From Candidatus Kapaibacterium sp. (GTDB lineage Bacteria; Bacteroidota; Ignavibacteria; Kapaibacteriales; UBA2268): a DNA stretch of 64,000 nt. The notes below the pieces were generated by a model that saw nothing but the letters and a program-made list of their open reading frames with translations, was not told the origin of the DNA and made no database searches. Position 1 is the stretch's first letter, and every line of letters begins with the position of its first letter. Shown one piece after another: positions 17,991 through 28,397 of this stretch. Both the position numbers and the translations under genes were made by a program. The DNA is taken from contig JAMLHE010000006.1 of NCBI GenBank assembly GCA_023957315.1, forward strand, positions 70,408 to 134,407. Reading direction: 5' to 3'.

Positions 17991-19565
17991 TTACCTTGGT
18001 GTCAGTTGCACAACCGGGCAAATCATTTCTTCCATCGAAATTCCGCCATGTTGGAAACTGTCACGATATTTATTCAAATAATGATGATAATCAGTCGGAT
18101 AAACGAAATAATAATCTTCTTTAGCTATGATATTGTTCACAGTGATTCCGTGAGCCGGAAGTTTGTAATCTTCGGGTCTTGCAATTTGCATAGCATATCT
18201 TGATTCAGCTTTTACGTTTTTTCCGAATTTATATCGTAAATTTGTTGATGTATCGCGGTCTCCCAGCACCTTAACGCCACGCATACAACGTACCGAACCA
18301 TGGTCTGTGGTTATGAGTATGCTGATGTCTTTTTGTTTTGACAATGCTTTGAGCATACCGAAAAAGCTGGAGTGCCTGAACCATGAACGCGTCAACGAGC
18401 GATAAGCGGATTCGTCGGGTGCAATTTCCTTCAAAATAGCATAATCAGAACGCGAATGGGCAATCATATCAACAGCATTCAAAACAAAAGCGTTCAAATG
18501 ATTTTGAGTATATTGCATTATGTCACGTTCGATTTTTTGACCGAATTCGGTATCGAATATTTTGACATAACCGGGTCTGTTTCTGAGCTTTATTCTGCGT
18601 CTTTCAATCCAAGCTTCGAGTAATTCCTTTTCAAAAGCATTTAACTTATGGTCTTCGCTATTTGTATCGGAATTCCACCATTGGGGATAGTGCTTCTTGA
18701 TTTCAATCGGATATAGTCCCGAGAAAATTGAATTTCGTGCATATTGTGTTGCCGTCGGAAGTATAGTGCAATAATAATTTGTCTTGAATGAATAATATGA
18801 AGCTAAAAGCTCTTGCATTACGAGCCATTGGTCAAGCCTCATACAATCAACAACGAATATGAAAACTGTCTTAGATTGGCTCAGAAGAGGCTTTAAATAG
18901 GTATCCAAAAGATGTGGTGAAAGCACAGGATTTGCATCTTCCCACTTTGAATCCAACCAATTGATATAGTTGCGCTCGATAAATTTCGAGAATTCTGCAT
19001 TCGCATTACGGAATTGGTCTTGCAATGTCTGTGTAAGTGTCGTATTTGGCATTCTATCCAATTCCATAGACCATTGAACCAATCGAGTATAAATCTCAAC
19101 CCAATCATTCCAATCAACTTGACCAAGCATTTGACGAGAAATTTCGTTGAATCCCATCAAATAATTTTGCGTGAATTTTTCCTCTTCAATTCTTGAAGAT
19201 TCGAGGAATTTTTTTGCTGCCATTAAAATTTGTGTCGGGTTGACGGGTTTAGTCAAGTAATCATCAATTTTGCTTCCGATAGCCTCTTCCATAACGCTTT
19301 CGGCTTCATTCTTAGTTACCATCACAATCGGAGTAGTCGGGTCAATTTCTTTCAAAATCGGTAAAGTTTCCAATCCCGAAATACCGACCATTGATTCGTC
19401 CAAAAATATTAAATCGAAATGCTGTTGCTTCAGCATTTCAATTGCATCTTCGCCATTGGTAGCAGTATCGACATCAAATCCGCGTTGGTTTAGCAATATG
19501 ATATGAGGACGCAATAGGTCTATTTCGTCATCAATCCAAAGAATCTTTCCTTTGATTTTATCCAT
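17991..19565 (-). CDS. porX: PorX-type response regulator (CheY receiver + PglZ/alkaline-phosphatase-superfamily domain) of the T9SS PorXY system
   Basis: N-terminus ILWIDDEIDLLRPHIILLNQRGFDV ... LIFLDESMVGISGLE is a receiver domain with no DNA-binding output. It is followed by a ~400-aa PglZ-like domain; length 524 aa. Confidence 0.75.
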   Translation of the reverse strand: MDKIKGKILWIDDEIDLLRPHIILLNQRGFDVDTATNGEDAIEMLKQQHFDLIFLDESMVGISGLETLPILKEIDPTTPIVMVTKNEAESVMEEAIGSKIDDYLTKPVNPTQILMAAKKFLESSRIEEEKFTQNYLMGFNEISRQMLGQVDWNDWVEIYTRLVQWSMELDRMPNTTLTQTLQDQFRNANAEFSKFIERNYINWLDSKWEDANPVLSPHLLDTYLKPLLSQSKTVFIFVVDCMRLDQWLVMQELLASYYSFKTNYYCTILPTATQYARNSIFSGLYPIEIKKHYPQWWNSDTNSEDHKLNAFEKELLEAWIERRRIKLRNRPGYVKIFDTEFGQKIERDIMQYTQNHLNAFVLNAVDMIAHSRSDYAILKEIAPDESAYRSLTRSWFRHSSFFGMLKALSKQKDISILITTDHGSVRCMRGVKVLGDRDTSTNLRYKFGKNVKAESRYAMQIARPEDYKLPAHGITVNNIIAKEDYYFVYPTDYHHYLNKYRDSFQHGGISMEEMICPVVQLTPR

Positions 19566-19784
19566 GGTTTTTGCACCTTTTCCAAAATTTCAACAATAAA
19601 CTTATAAAAATAGTAGCAAAAGCCATCATCGAATCGTCCTAAATTTTTAATTCAAATTATTCAAAAGTTTAAGACGGAATTATATTGAAATAATTACGCC
19701 GAATGCGATTGAGTAATAAAATATCTTATCTAAGTAATTCGTAAATCAATTTGTATGTTGATTAATATATGACCTGAGAAGATT

Positions 19785-21104
19785 GTGAATTACCAAAAAT
19801 TGACTTTAAAAGCACAAGAAGCCTTGCAAACAGCTCAAGAGATTGCATCGAGCTATAATAATCAAGCGATTGAGCCAACTCACTTGCTTGCGGCTTTGGT
19901 GCAAGATTCGAGCGGAATTATTCCCGATTTGATTTTGAAAGCCGGAGCAAACCTGAATTCAATCAAAATAATGGTGAACAAAAAATTGCAAGAATTGCCA
20001 AAAATTTCTGATGCTGCTCTCGTCCAACCATATTTATCCAATTCCACAAACGATTTGTTCAACGTCGCACTTAAAAATGCGAATAATCTAAAAGATGAAT
20101 ACATAAGTACCGAGCATCTTTTGATAGCAATGATGGAAACGAAAAGCGATGCCTTCGAGATACTCAATGAAAATGGGCTAACCAAGGATATTGTTCTGCA
20201 AGTATTGCATTCAATCAGGGGAGACAGCCGTGTGACCGACCAAAATCCCGAAGACAAATATCAAGCTCTTAAACGATACGGCAGGATGTTGAACGAAGAG
20301 GCAATTCAAGGCAAATTGGACCCAGTAATCGGCAGAGAAAATGAAATTAGACGAGTGTTGCAAGTATTATCGAGGAAAACAAAAAATAATCCTGTGCTTA
20401 TCGGCGAGCCTGGCGTTGGCAAAACTGCTGTAGTTGAGGGAATCGCTCAAAGAATTGTAAATCGCGACGTACCGGAAAATCTCAAAACGAAGTCAATTGT
20501 TGCTTTGGATATGGGAAGTCTGATTGCCGGAACAAGTTTCCGAGGTCAATTTGAAGAGCGACTCAAAGCACTAATTAAAGAAGTCTCCGATTCAAACGGT
20601 GAAATAATCCTCTTCATTGATGAATTGCACACTTTAGTCGGTGCAGGAGCGACTTCCGGTAGCATGGATGCAGCTAACATACTCAAACCGGCACTTGCAC
20701 GCGGAGAATTGCATTGCATCGGTGCAACAACATTCAACGAATATCAAAAATACGTCGAAAAAGATGCCGCTTTGGAGCGACGTTTCCAGAAAGTGATTAT
20801 TGATGAGCCGACTGTCGAAGACACAATCTCTATTTTACGTGGATTAAAAGAGCGGTATGAAGTTCATCATGGTGTCAAAATCACTGACGCTGCAATCATA
20901 GCTGCTTCAGAATTATCTTACCGCTACATTTCTGACAGATTTCTTCCCGATAAGGCAATTGATTTGGTTGACGAAGCTGCAAGCAAACTCAGACTCGAGA
21001 TGGATTCCTTACCTGAAGAAATAGATTCGATTGACCGAAGAATTAGACAGCTTGAAATTGAGAGACAGGCTTTACTTCACGAACTTGAGAATAACGATGA
21101 TTGA
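19785..21104 (+). CDS. clpB: ClpB/Hsp104-family chaperone, N-domain + NBD1 only; stops inside helix 1 of the M-domain (likely truncated pseudogene or gene fragment)
   Basis: Clp_N repeats, Walker [19 protein letters not shown], Walker [15 protein letters not shown] and RFQKV sensor. The ORF ends ...[31 protein letters not shown] at ~439 aa, where full ClpB is ~860 aa. No NBD2 is found anywhere in the window. Confidence 0.8.
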   Translation: MNYQKLTLKAQEALQTAQEIASSYNNQAIEPTHLLAALVQDSSGIIPDLILKAGANLNSIKIMVNKKLQELPKISDAALVQPYLSNSTNDLFNVALKNANNLKDEYISTEHLLIAMMETKSDAFEILNENGLTKDIVLQVLHSIRGDSRVTDQNPEDKYQALKRYGRMLNEEAIQGKLDPVIGRENEIRRVLQVLSRKTKNNPVLIGEPGVGKTAVVEGIAQRIVNRDVPENLKTKSIVALDMGSLIAGTSFRGQFEERLKALIKEVSDSNGEIILFIDELHTLVGAGATSGSMDAANILKPALARGELHCIGATTFNEYQKYVEKDAALERRFQKVIIDEPTVEDTISILRGLKERYEVHHGVKITDAAIIAASELSYRYISDRFLPDKAIDLVDEAASKLRLEMDSLPEEIDSIDRRIRQLEIERQALLHELENNDD

Positions 21105-21300
21105 ATTGACAAAAATTGACGGCGAAAAAATCCTTGTGAACGCCGATGAAATCGAAACCGTAGAATCGGCTTTCGATACTACTATCACTTTGAAATCCGG
21201 AAGGAAAATCATTGTCAAGGAGAATAAGACTTTAATTGCAGAACTCGTAATTTTGTACAAACGAGAGTGCAACAAAGGGCTTTTTCGAGATGAACAATAG
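21097..21300 (+). CDS. FlbD-like small protein (PF06289-like), outside any flagellar gene context
   Basis: [57 protein letters not shown] parallels FlbD (MIKLTRLNG.EF.LNADLIE.IE.TPDTVITL.NGKK.VVKES). The ATG at 21097 overlaps the clpB-fragment stop (ATGATTGA). Confidence 0.5.
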   Translation: MIELTKIDGEKILVNADEIETVESAFDTTITLKSGRKIIVKENKTLIAELVILYKRECNKGLFRDEQ

Positions 21301-23206
21301 AGTTTTGCGACTCATATTTCTATTTTTTGTCATACTGATTTTGAAATCAAATTCGGTATTTTCAACTATGGTAAATGATTCGATCAATACTCTTCCAATT
21401 GAGAATTTGCTTCGCTACGGATTTAATAAAGTGATGAATGTCTATAATTTTAACCTATTATTGGACTATCACACCGAAACTAAATTCGGTATCTTCGATT
21501 TAGAGCAAAATTACTACGGTAACGCCTCGCTCGAAGGCAGAACGATATTTCAAGATGACCAAGCGTTCAAATTCAATTATTTAACACCGGCGACCGGCAA
21601 TTTCCGATTTCTCCTTAATAACTCATATTTAGTCACTTCCAATCCGGGCAGTGTTGAATTGAATGAACTAAGTCGATTGAATGGACTTTTGGGGATTCAA
21701 TATGATATTTCGGAATATAATTTCATCAATTTTGCATATGGACGAGAACAAAATTCGCAAGTAGGAGTTGTCTCCGGTGGCGATATTATGAAATTCGAAG
21801 CCAAGTATTTGAACAATGAGAGCGATTTGAATTTTGCCGGCAGATTAAAAGGGGAGATGTTGAAACTCAATTACAACCGCTCGCTAAATACTATAAATTT
21901 TAATTCAAATGTATCGCGAATTTTTTCGATTTACGATTACATAAGTGCCGATTTTGGTGTATCATATTTAGACAGGTCGAATCTGCTCAGGCGAGATTCG
22001 GTGTATATGTCTGCAAATAGTCTTGATTTCCCGTTTTCAGTCGAGGAACGTGGCAGTTTAACATATTTTGCCGAACTGAATTTGAATTATCAACTGAGCA
22101 AAGCAATGTATAGCGGAATCAAATTAGCAGTAAACCGTAATTCGGTAGAAAAATGGTACAATACATATGTTCCGAATGATTTGAATACAGGAGTCTCGAA
22201 ATCTCGCGACATTACATCGTTCAGATTGAGCGGAAATATGAATTATGTCAATCCTGCTTTCACAAATAGGTTACTAATGGACTATTCAACTGAGGAAGAC
22301 CAAAATATCGTAACTAAACTTCAGGATATTGACGAAAATCGCTTCAATCAAATGAAGAACGAAGCTTTTATGTTGGATAATATAACTTCTATTACAAATA
22401 TTACCAATCAAACACAGTTTCTTTTGTCGAAATCCGATACTTTGGAATCAAAAATTTTGCTGATGTTAACACGCTTTGATACTCCATCGGAATCGAATTA
22501 CTCCGACAGAGACGAGTTCATGACAATAATTTCCACCAAGTATTCACGCAAAGTCAACGAATTGTTCGCGATGGGGGTTAATGCCGAATTGCAAATGAAT
22601 CATTTGGTCTATCTTAAATCGCAGCGAAGTGCATCGAATTATTGGATGCGGATTATCAAATTGAGCCCATTTTTCAGCTACAATAGCAAATTTATTTCAT
22701 TGAAACCTACTTTCAACATCTTGGCAAATTATACAGTTTACGATTTTGAATCAATATCACCGGGTGTCTCGAGTTATAGCTTTCGTCAAATAGGATATAA
22801 TGATTCGATTACAATTAGGTTGACTGAAAAGACAAGCCTGTTATTGAACTACGATTTGATATATCGTGAAACAGGAGTCTTGTATTGGTCAAGTTTTGAG
22901 GAATCACCCGTCAGTGGAAATATGAAATTTTTCGGGAAATTTTTCGTGAAATATAGGGAGAACGAAGTCTATGACGTAGCTTGCGGGTTCAGATACTACA
23001 ACTTGTCAAATAGGAATATCGCAATTCGCAGAAGCAATCCAAATGATTATGTAAGTGTTAGTTTAGGTCCTGAAATAAACATTAAAGTTAATTTTTCGCA
23101 TTATTCGTTAATATCTTTAGTAGGTTGGTATGAATTTAGATATATAAATGATAGGTTTTCGGGAGAAATACCAAATATTTATTTAGTTTCACAAATTTCA
23201 TTGTAA
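21290..23206 (+). CDS. Hypothetical secreted / outer-membrane protein (N/S/Y-rich, 638 aa)
   Basis: Signal peptide LIFLFFVILILKSNSVFS. Alternating aromatic/polar composition suggests a beta-rich, possibly barrel protein. No recognisable motif. The start overlaps the FlbD-like stop by 11 nt. Confidence 0.35.
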   Translation: MNNRVLRLIFLFFVILILKSNSVFSTMVNDSINTLPIENLLRYGFNKVMNVYNFNLLLDYHTETKFGIFDLEQNYYGNASLEGRTIFQDDQAFKFNYLTPATGNFRFLLNNSYLVTSNPGSVELNELSRLNGLLGIQYDISEYNFINFAYGREQNSQVGVVSGGDIMKFEAKYLNNESDLNFAGRLKGEMLKLNYNRSLNTINFNSNVSRIFSIYDYISADFGVSYLDRSNLLRRDSVYMSANSLDFPFSVEERGSLTYFAELNLNYQLSKAMYSGIKLAVNRNSVEKWYNTYVPNDLNTGVSKSRDITSFRLSGNMNYVNPAFTNRLLMDYSTEEDQNIVTKLQDIDENRFNQMKNEAFMLDNITSITNITNQTQFLLSKSDTLESKILLMLTRFDTPSESNYSDRDEFMTIISTKYSRKVNELFAMGVNAELQMNHLVYLKSQRSASNYWMRIIKLSPFFSYNSKFISLKPTFNILANYTVYDFESISPGVSSYSFRQIGYNDSITIRLTEKTSLLLNYDLIYRETGVLYWSSFEESPVSGNMKFFGKFFVKYRENEVYDVACGFRYYNLSNRNIAIRRSNPNDYVSVSLGPEINIKVNFSHYSLISLVGWYEFRYINDRFSGEIPNIYLVSQISL

Positions 23207-23210
23207 TTTC

Positions 23211-23630
23211 ATGAGCGAAAAAATTTTCCATTCTCATAACACTCTCAAGAGCGAAAGACATTCAATCACAGAAATTGAACCGATTTTAGCAGATTTGAGG
23301 TCAAAATTTTCTATTGATGATACGATATTTTACAATATCATGATTGCAGTCACAGAAGCAGTCAACAATGCTATCAATCATGGCAACAAATTAGACCCAA
23401 GCAAGCAAGTTCAGTTTAATGTGGAAGCAGATAAAGAGATGATTTACATTTACGTTAAAGACGAAGGGACTGGTTTTAATCCTCAGGAAATTGACGATTG
23501 CCTCGAACCCGAAAATTTGCTCAAAGCAAGCGGCAGAGGTGTTTTTATCATTCGTGAATTAATGCATGAAGTCAAGATACGTTCGAATTCGGAAGGAACA
23601 GTTGTGGAAATGAAATATTTTTTCAAATAG
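23211..23630 (+). CDS. Anti-sigma regulatory factor / GHKL-type Ser kinase (RsbW/SpoIIAB-like, HATPase_c_2)
   Basis: N-box AVTEAVNNAINHGN, G1 DEGTGFNP, G2 GRGVFIIRELM; 139 aa. It lies 4 nt after the preceding gene. Confidence 0.7.
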   Translation: MSEKIFHSHNTLKSERHSITEIEPILADLRSKFSIDDTIFYNIMIAVTEAVNNAINHGNKLDPSKQVQFNVEADKEMIYIYVKDEGTGFNPQEIDDCLEPENLLKASGRGVFIIRELMHEVKIRSNSEGTVVEMKYFFK

Positions 23631-23632
23631 GG

Positions 23633-24271
23633 TCAAGGTGATAATCGCAATATTTCCCACTTTTCAGTTTCGCTTAATTTGAATCTGAACCTATCGTGCA
23701 ATCTATTTTCTCGTCCCTGCCAAAATTCAAACTCATCAGGCACTAAACGGTAGCCTCCCCAAAAGTCCGGCAACGGCACATTAATCGGGTGCTTCATCAT
23801 TAGTTTAAGCACTTTCCTAATCAAAGTGAATCTACTCTTTAGTGGTTGACTTTGCTCCGATGCCCAAGCTCCGATTCTGCTCGTATATGGTCTTGTATCG
23901 TAATATTTTTTAGATTCCTCAGGAGAGATTTTTTGGATTTTACCTTCAATTCGGATTTGACGCTCAAATTTATCCCAGAAAAATAGCAATGAGCCATAAG
24001 GATTGGACGTAATGTCAGTTCCTTTGCGACTCAAATAGTTCGTGAAGAATACAAAGCCCTGTTCGTCATAGCTTTTCAAAAGCACAACTCTCGATGATGG
24101 GCGACCGTCGGAATTGACAGTTGAAATCACCATCGCTGTCGGTTCGTAGAAATTACCGTTCAACCCTTCATCCATCCAAATTTTGAATTGTGCAAAAGGG
24201 TCTTTATTAATCGAAGTTTCGTCAAGTTTGAACTTGTTGTAATCTCGTCTGATATCGCCTAAATTTTCCAT
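23633..24271 (-). CDS. pdxH: Pyridoxamine 5'-phosphate oxidase
   Basis: RIEGKIQKISPEESKKYYDTRPYTSRIGAWASEQSQPL ... FWGGYRLVPDEFEFWQGRENRLHDRF. Probable start is the ATG at 24269-24271 (MENLG). The track's GTG start lies inside the upstream terminator hairpin. Confidence 0.85.
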   Translation of the reverse strand: MENLGDIRRDYNKFKLDETSINKDPFAQFKIWMDEGLNGNFYEPTAMVISTVNSDGRPSSRVVLLKSYDEQGFVFFTNYLSRKGTDITSNPYGSLLFFWDKFERQIRIEGKIQKISPEESKKYYDTRPYTSRIGAWASEQSQPLKSRFTLIRKVLKLMMKHPINVPLPDFWGGYRLVPDEFEFWQGRENRLHDRFRFKLSETEKWEILRLSP

Positions 24272-24290
24272 TGAATTCCCACAAATTAAA

Positions 24291-24332
24291 AACGGCACGA
24301 TTGAACTATTGTGTTAATCGTGCCGTTAGATT
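24291..24332 (-). terminator. Rho-independent terminator after the 24340..26445 gene
   Basis: Hairpin aacggcacgatt ... aatcgtgccgtt, with a T-run on the minus strand. Confidence 0.7.
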
Positions 24333-24339
24333 TTATATT

Positions 24340-26445
24340 TTATCTTACAATTGTAAAGCTCTTTACAAAGCTATTCAATCCACTGTTAATCGATATCATA
24401 TAAGTCGAAATAGGTAAATGACTGATATTGATTATGTATTCATTTACACCTTCGGACGTAATATTTGTTGATTCATGCACAACATTGCCGGAAATATCAA
24501 AAATGAGTATTTTAATTGGCGCTATTGCGAACGAATTCAATTGTAGTTTGATTTGTTCATTTGCCGGATTTGGGTACATTAAGAAGTTTTTGTCAACAAA
24601 ACTTTGTACTGATGATGAGGGGTCTGTTGTGAACGAATTTACTTGAGACCAATCGCCGTTTCCGCCTGATGATTCACCGCGAACACGCCATTTATACAGA
24701 GTGCCTCCTTCGCTAGTGTTAAAGAGGTATTCTTCGTCTGTCAATCCGCCTTGATTTACAACCAAACTTTCTTCAAAATTTTCTTTGGTTGTGATTTGAA
24801 TTCTATAAGAATCAGCACCTTCAATTTGTCCCCATTTGATGAGCGGTGATTTTTCAACTTTTGTAGCATTATTTTCAGGATATATTAGCGCCGGACCATA
24901 CATACTCGAACCGATATTGAATGACCAAATTTCTGAAAATTCGCCATATCCGGTGCCATTCGATGCACGTACACGCCAATAGTAAGTTGTGTTGTTTACT
25001 AAACGATTAGGAGTTACTTCGGCACTTAAATCTTCGATTCCTGATTTAGTAAATTTAATGGCAAAGCCTTCAAAAGTATTATCGTTTGCTATTTGAACTG
25101 CATAAGTATCAGCACGGTCTGCTGCCTCCCAAGTCAAAGTTGGGGTAGTAGTTTTGATGTCAGCATTGATTGCCGGTGTTTTCAATACAACTTTCGCCGG
25201 CAAAGGAAAAGCAGTTGTAAATGTAAATACCTCAGACCATGGGCTTGTTCCGGCATCGTTATTCGCTGCTACTCGCCACCAATATTGGGTCGAATGAGTT
25301 AGTTCATTTGGCAGATATGCGTTTGTTGGTAAAGCATTTTTGTCGATTACTAAACTTGTAAAATTTGCATTTGAGCTTACTTGCAAAATGTATTTATTCG
25401 TGTTATCAGTTAGCGACCAAGTGAGCGCATTTGAAACTTTGACATTTTTTGCTAAGTTTTCCGGCAATTGTGGCTGTGGAGTTTGTGGTGGACTTGTTTG
25501 ATTTTTATCAGTCAAATTGAACCAATAAGAATAATTCTTCGTTTGTCCGTTTACCACAACTCCTTTGATTTCAACGTTGTATCGCACTTCATTTACCAAT
25601 CCGTCTGCTTTCCAACTGATGTTGTTCGGGAAACTTCCCCAACCTTCGTTGTCGTATTTTACAGAATTCACATTGATATTTGAGCCACTTTCAGTTTTCA
25701 TTGTAACAACTGCTGATGTGTAATCCACATTTTGGTTTGCCCACAAATTTGACTTACTTGCAATTGCATTGAATGACAAATAAAAGGACTTGCTAAAATA
25801 AGAAGGAGGATAATACTCGTATGGATAAGCAATGTATTCTAAGTCTGTATCCGATATATTTCCATTTGTATAATCTTGATACAAAAAATTTGCGCCGGTA
25901 TAATAATAATTTGAACCTTGTGGTTTGCCATCAGCTCTACCAAAAGCAAATCGAGTCAAAAAAGGATTGATTATTGCTCTACGGTGCCCGACTTTATAAT
26001 TTTGTTCTTTGTCTGCATTATGCTCATCAATCAGCCATCCGATAATTATATCTTCACTTATGACTGTAGTAGGATTCGTTCCTATTCCTAGATGCAAATT
26101 AGACTTTAGCCTTGCTTGACCGGCACCCGGAGTGTAGCATTTTGACGAAGGGTCATCAACGTGTCCGATAGTACCGCCTGCAATCATATTCAAGCTACCT
26201 TCCATAGACATTTGTTGACCATTGTACTCGTAAGTTACTGGTTTGAGCTTATGAAGGCTGCGGATATAATTGACACGCTCTAAAACTCGGTCAATCTCTG
26301 ATTGTTTCAACACACCTGCTGTGCATGACCCTATGTCAGGCAATACATCATATATAGCATTCAAATTTTGTGATTCGGGATTCCCTGCAAAGCTAAAACT
26401 TGGTACAGCAATTATGATAGCGATAAGTAATAATATTTTTTTCAT
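24340..26445 (-). CDS. Secreted T9SS cargo protein with tandem fibronectin type III-like domains and C-terminal sorting domain
   Basis: Signal peptide MKKILLLIAIIIAVPSFSFA. Repeated ~90-aa units with W..YWWRVRA-type FN3 motifs. The C-terminus LMYPNPANEQIKLQL ... SFTIVR matches Por_Secre_tail. Confidence 0.6.
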   Translation of the reverse strand: MKKILLLIAIIIAVPSFSFAGNPESQNLNAIYDVLPDIGSCTAGVLKQSEIDRVLERVNYIRSLHKLKPVTYEYNGQQMSMEGSLNMIAGGTIGHVDDPSSKCYTPGAGQARLKSNLHLGIGTNPTTVISEDIIIGWLIDEHNADKEQNYKVGHRRAIINPFLTRFAFGRADGKPQGSNYYYTGANFLYQDYTNGNISDTDLEYIAYPYEYYPPSYFSKSFYLSFNAIASKSNLWANQNVDYTSAVVTMKTESGSNINVNSVKYDNEGWGSFPNNISWKADGLVNEVRYNVEIKGVVVNGQTKNYSYWFNLTDKNQTSPPQTPQPQLPENLAKNVKVSNALTWSLTDNTNKYILQVSSNANFTSLVIDKNALPTNAYLPNELTHSTQYWWRVAANNDAGTSPWSEVFTFTTAFPLPAKVVLKTPAINADIKTTTPTLTWEAADRADTYAVQIANDNTFEGFAIKFTKSGIEDLSAEVTPNRLVNNTTYYWRVRASNGTGYGEFSEIWSFNIGSSMYGPALIYPENNATKVEKSPLIKWGQIEGADSYRIQITTKENFEESLVVNQGGLTDEEYLFNTSEGGTLYKWRVRGESSGGNGDWSQVNSFTTDPSSSVQSFVDKNFLMYPNPANEQIKLQLNSFAIAPIKILIFDISGNVVHESTNITSEGVNEYIINISHLPISTYMISINSGLNSFVKSFTIVR

Positions 26446-26545
26446 TTTAATTTTTTTATAATTTAACAAATATCCATTCATATATTACACACGAATGAAG
26501 AGAAAGTTACATTTATTTAATAAAACAAGTTGAATACTTAACATA

Positions 26546-26577
26546 ACAAAAAGCCCTCATTTTTGTTCTGAGGGCTA
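26546..26577 (-). terminator. Rho-independent terminator after gcvH
   Basis: Hairpin agccctca-tttttgttc-tgagggct, followed on the minus strand by a T-run. Confidence 0.7.
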
Positions 26578-26599
26578 AATGTTCTTCAAATTAATTGGA

Positions 26600-26980
26600 T
26601 TAATGTCCGATTTTAGCCTTATAAGCTGTTGCATCCATTAGCTTGTCTAATTCTGCAAGATTGCTCAATTCGATTTTTACAATCCATCCTTCGCCATAAG
26701 GGTCCGAGTTTACTGTTTCGGGAGCATCATTCAATGCTGAATTGACTTCCACCAATTTTCCTGAAACTGGGGCATACATTTCTGCAACAGTTTTAACAGC
26801 TTCAATTGTTCCGAAACTATCTCCAACGTTGACAGTAGCGTCGGGTTCGGGAATATCAATATAAACGATATCACCAAGTTCGCCTTGAGCATGGTCAGTC
26901 ACTCCGATAGTGCCGATATTACCTTCTAATTTGACCCATTCGTGGTCTTCTGTGTATTTTAAATTTTCCGGGAAATTCAT
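26600..26980 (-). CDS. gcvH: Glycine cleavage system H protein (lipoyl carrier)
   Basis: MNFPENLKYTEDHEWVK ... lipoyl-Lys context GTIEAVKTVAEMYAPVSG. The start at MNFPE is 13 codons inside the track ORF. Confidence 0.85.
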   Translation of the reverse strand: MNFPENLKYTEDHEWVKLEGNIGTIGVTDHAQGELGDIVYIDIPEPDATVNVGDSFGTIEAVKTVAEMYAPVSGKLVEVNSALNDAPETVNSDPYGEGWIVKIELSNLAELDKLMDATAYKAKIGH

Positions 26981-27037
26981 ACAATCTCCAACTTTTAATT
27001 GAAAAAAAACAATTATCAAAGTGTAAAATTAAGAAAA

Positions 27038-28387
27038 TTACATTGAATTCCAATCAACTCTATCTAAATATTTTGTATCAATATTGCCTGAGATAAAGTC
27101 TTTGTTCATCATCATCTTCTTATGGAAAGGAATAGTAGTCTTGATTCCTTCGATTATAAATTCGTCTAAAGCTCTGTACATCTTAGCTATTGCCTCTTTT
27201 CGAGTAGGGGCAGTAGCTATTAATTTTGCAACTAATGAATCATAGTTACTCGGAATTGTGTAGCCTTGGTAAGCATGGGAATCGGTTCTGATACCACGAC
27301 CACCGGGAACATGAAATACATCAATACGCCCGGGGCTTGGGCGGAAATTGTGTTCAGGGTCTTCGGCGTTGATTCTGCATTCGATTGAATGGAATTTTGG
27401 CTCAGACTCTTTTAGCCTTAGTTTGCCACCTGAAGCGACTAAAATTTGCTCAGTAATCAAATCTATTCCCAATGACTCTTCCGTGACAGGGTGTTCAACT
27501 TGAATTCGGGTATTCATTTCCATGAAGTAGAAGTTCATTTCAGCATCAACTAAGTATTCGATTGTGCCGGGACCGTAATAGTTCACAGATTTTGCCCCAA
27601 GTACAGAAACTTCGCCCATTTGTTTACGTAAAGCCCTTGTTACTACGGGCGATGGAGCTTCTTCGATTAGTTTTTGGTGCCGTCTTTGGATAGAACATTC
27701 TCTTTCGTTCAGATGCACGACATTGCCGTGTTTGTCGCCAATCACTTGAATTTCTATATGTCGTGAACCGATAACAAGTTTTTCGATATATAAATCCGGA
27801 TTGCTAAAGAATGCCTCGGCTTCATTGCTTGCTACGCTGAATGCGGCAGCTAATTCATTCGGACTTTCGACAAGTCGCATACCTTTGCCGCCACCACCTG
27901 CAACAGCTTTCAGCATTACAGGGTATCCGATTTCATCGCAAACTGTTTTCGCTTCTTCATAATCTTTCACAACGCCTACACTGCCGGGAACAACAGGGAC
28001 CCCTGCGTTACGCATAGTTTCTTTTGCTATAGATTTATTTCCCATTCTGCGAATTGCATCGGCAGATGGACCAATGAAGATGATTCCGTGGTCGTTGCAA
28101 ATTTCAACAAATTTATCATTTTCAGCCATGAACCCATATCCAGGATGAATTGCATCCGCATTGGTAATCATAGCAGCCGATATAATAGCCGGTATTCTGA
28201 GGTAGCTATCGCGACTTGGAGCTGGACCGATACAAATTGCTTCATCAGCAAATTTCACGTGTAAAGATTCCTTATCTGCTGTAGAATATACAGCAACTGT
28301 TGCAATTCCCATCTCTTTACAAGCTCGGATAATCCTAAGCGCTATCTCGCCTCGATTTGCAATCAATACTTTTTTTATCATACTCAT
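27038..28387 (-). CDS. accC: Acetyl-CoA carboxylase biotin carboxylase subunit
   Basis: ATP-grasp biotin carboxylase motifs [39 protein letters not shown]. Confidence 0.9.
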   Translation of the reverse strand: MSMIKKVLIANRGEIALRIIRACKEMGIATVAVYSTADKESLHVKFADEAICIGPAPSRDSYLRIPAIISAAMITNADAIHPGYGFMAENDKFVEICNDHGIIFIGPSADAIRRMGNKSIAKETMRNAGVPVVPGSVGVVKDYEEAKTVCDEIGYPVMLKAVAGGGGKGMRLVESPNELAAAFSVASNEAEAFFSNPDLYIEKLVIGSRHIEIQVIGDKHGNVVHLNERECSIQRRHQKLIEEAPSPVVTRALRKQMGEVSVLGAKSVNYYGPGTIEYLVDAEMNFYFMEMNTRIQVEHPVTEESLGIDLITEQILVASGGKLRLKESEPKFHSIECRINAEDPEHNFRPSPGRIDVFHVPGGRGIRTDSHAYQGYTIPSNYDSLVAKLIATAPTRKEAIAKMYRALDEFIIEGIKTTIPFHKKMMMNKDFISGNIDTKYLDRVDWNSM

Positions 28388-28397
28388 CTATCCCTTA

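Noticed and set aside
21031-21096. Upstream extension ([22 protein letters not shown]) of the FlbD-like ORF
   Set aside because: These 22 codons lie inside the clpB-fragment reading frame. The FlbD-family alignment begins at the internal ATG at 21097, which overlaps the clpB stop.
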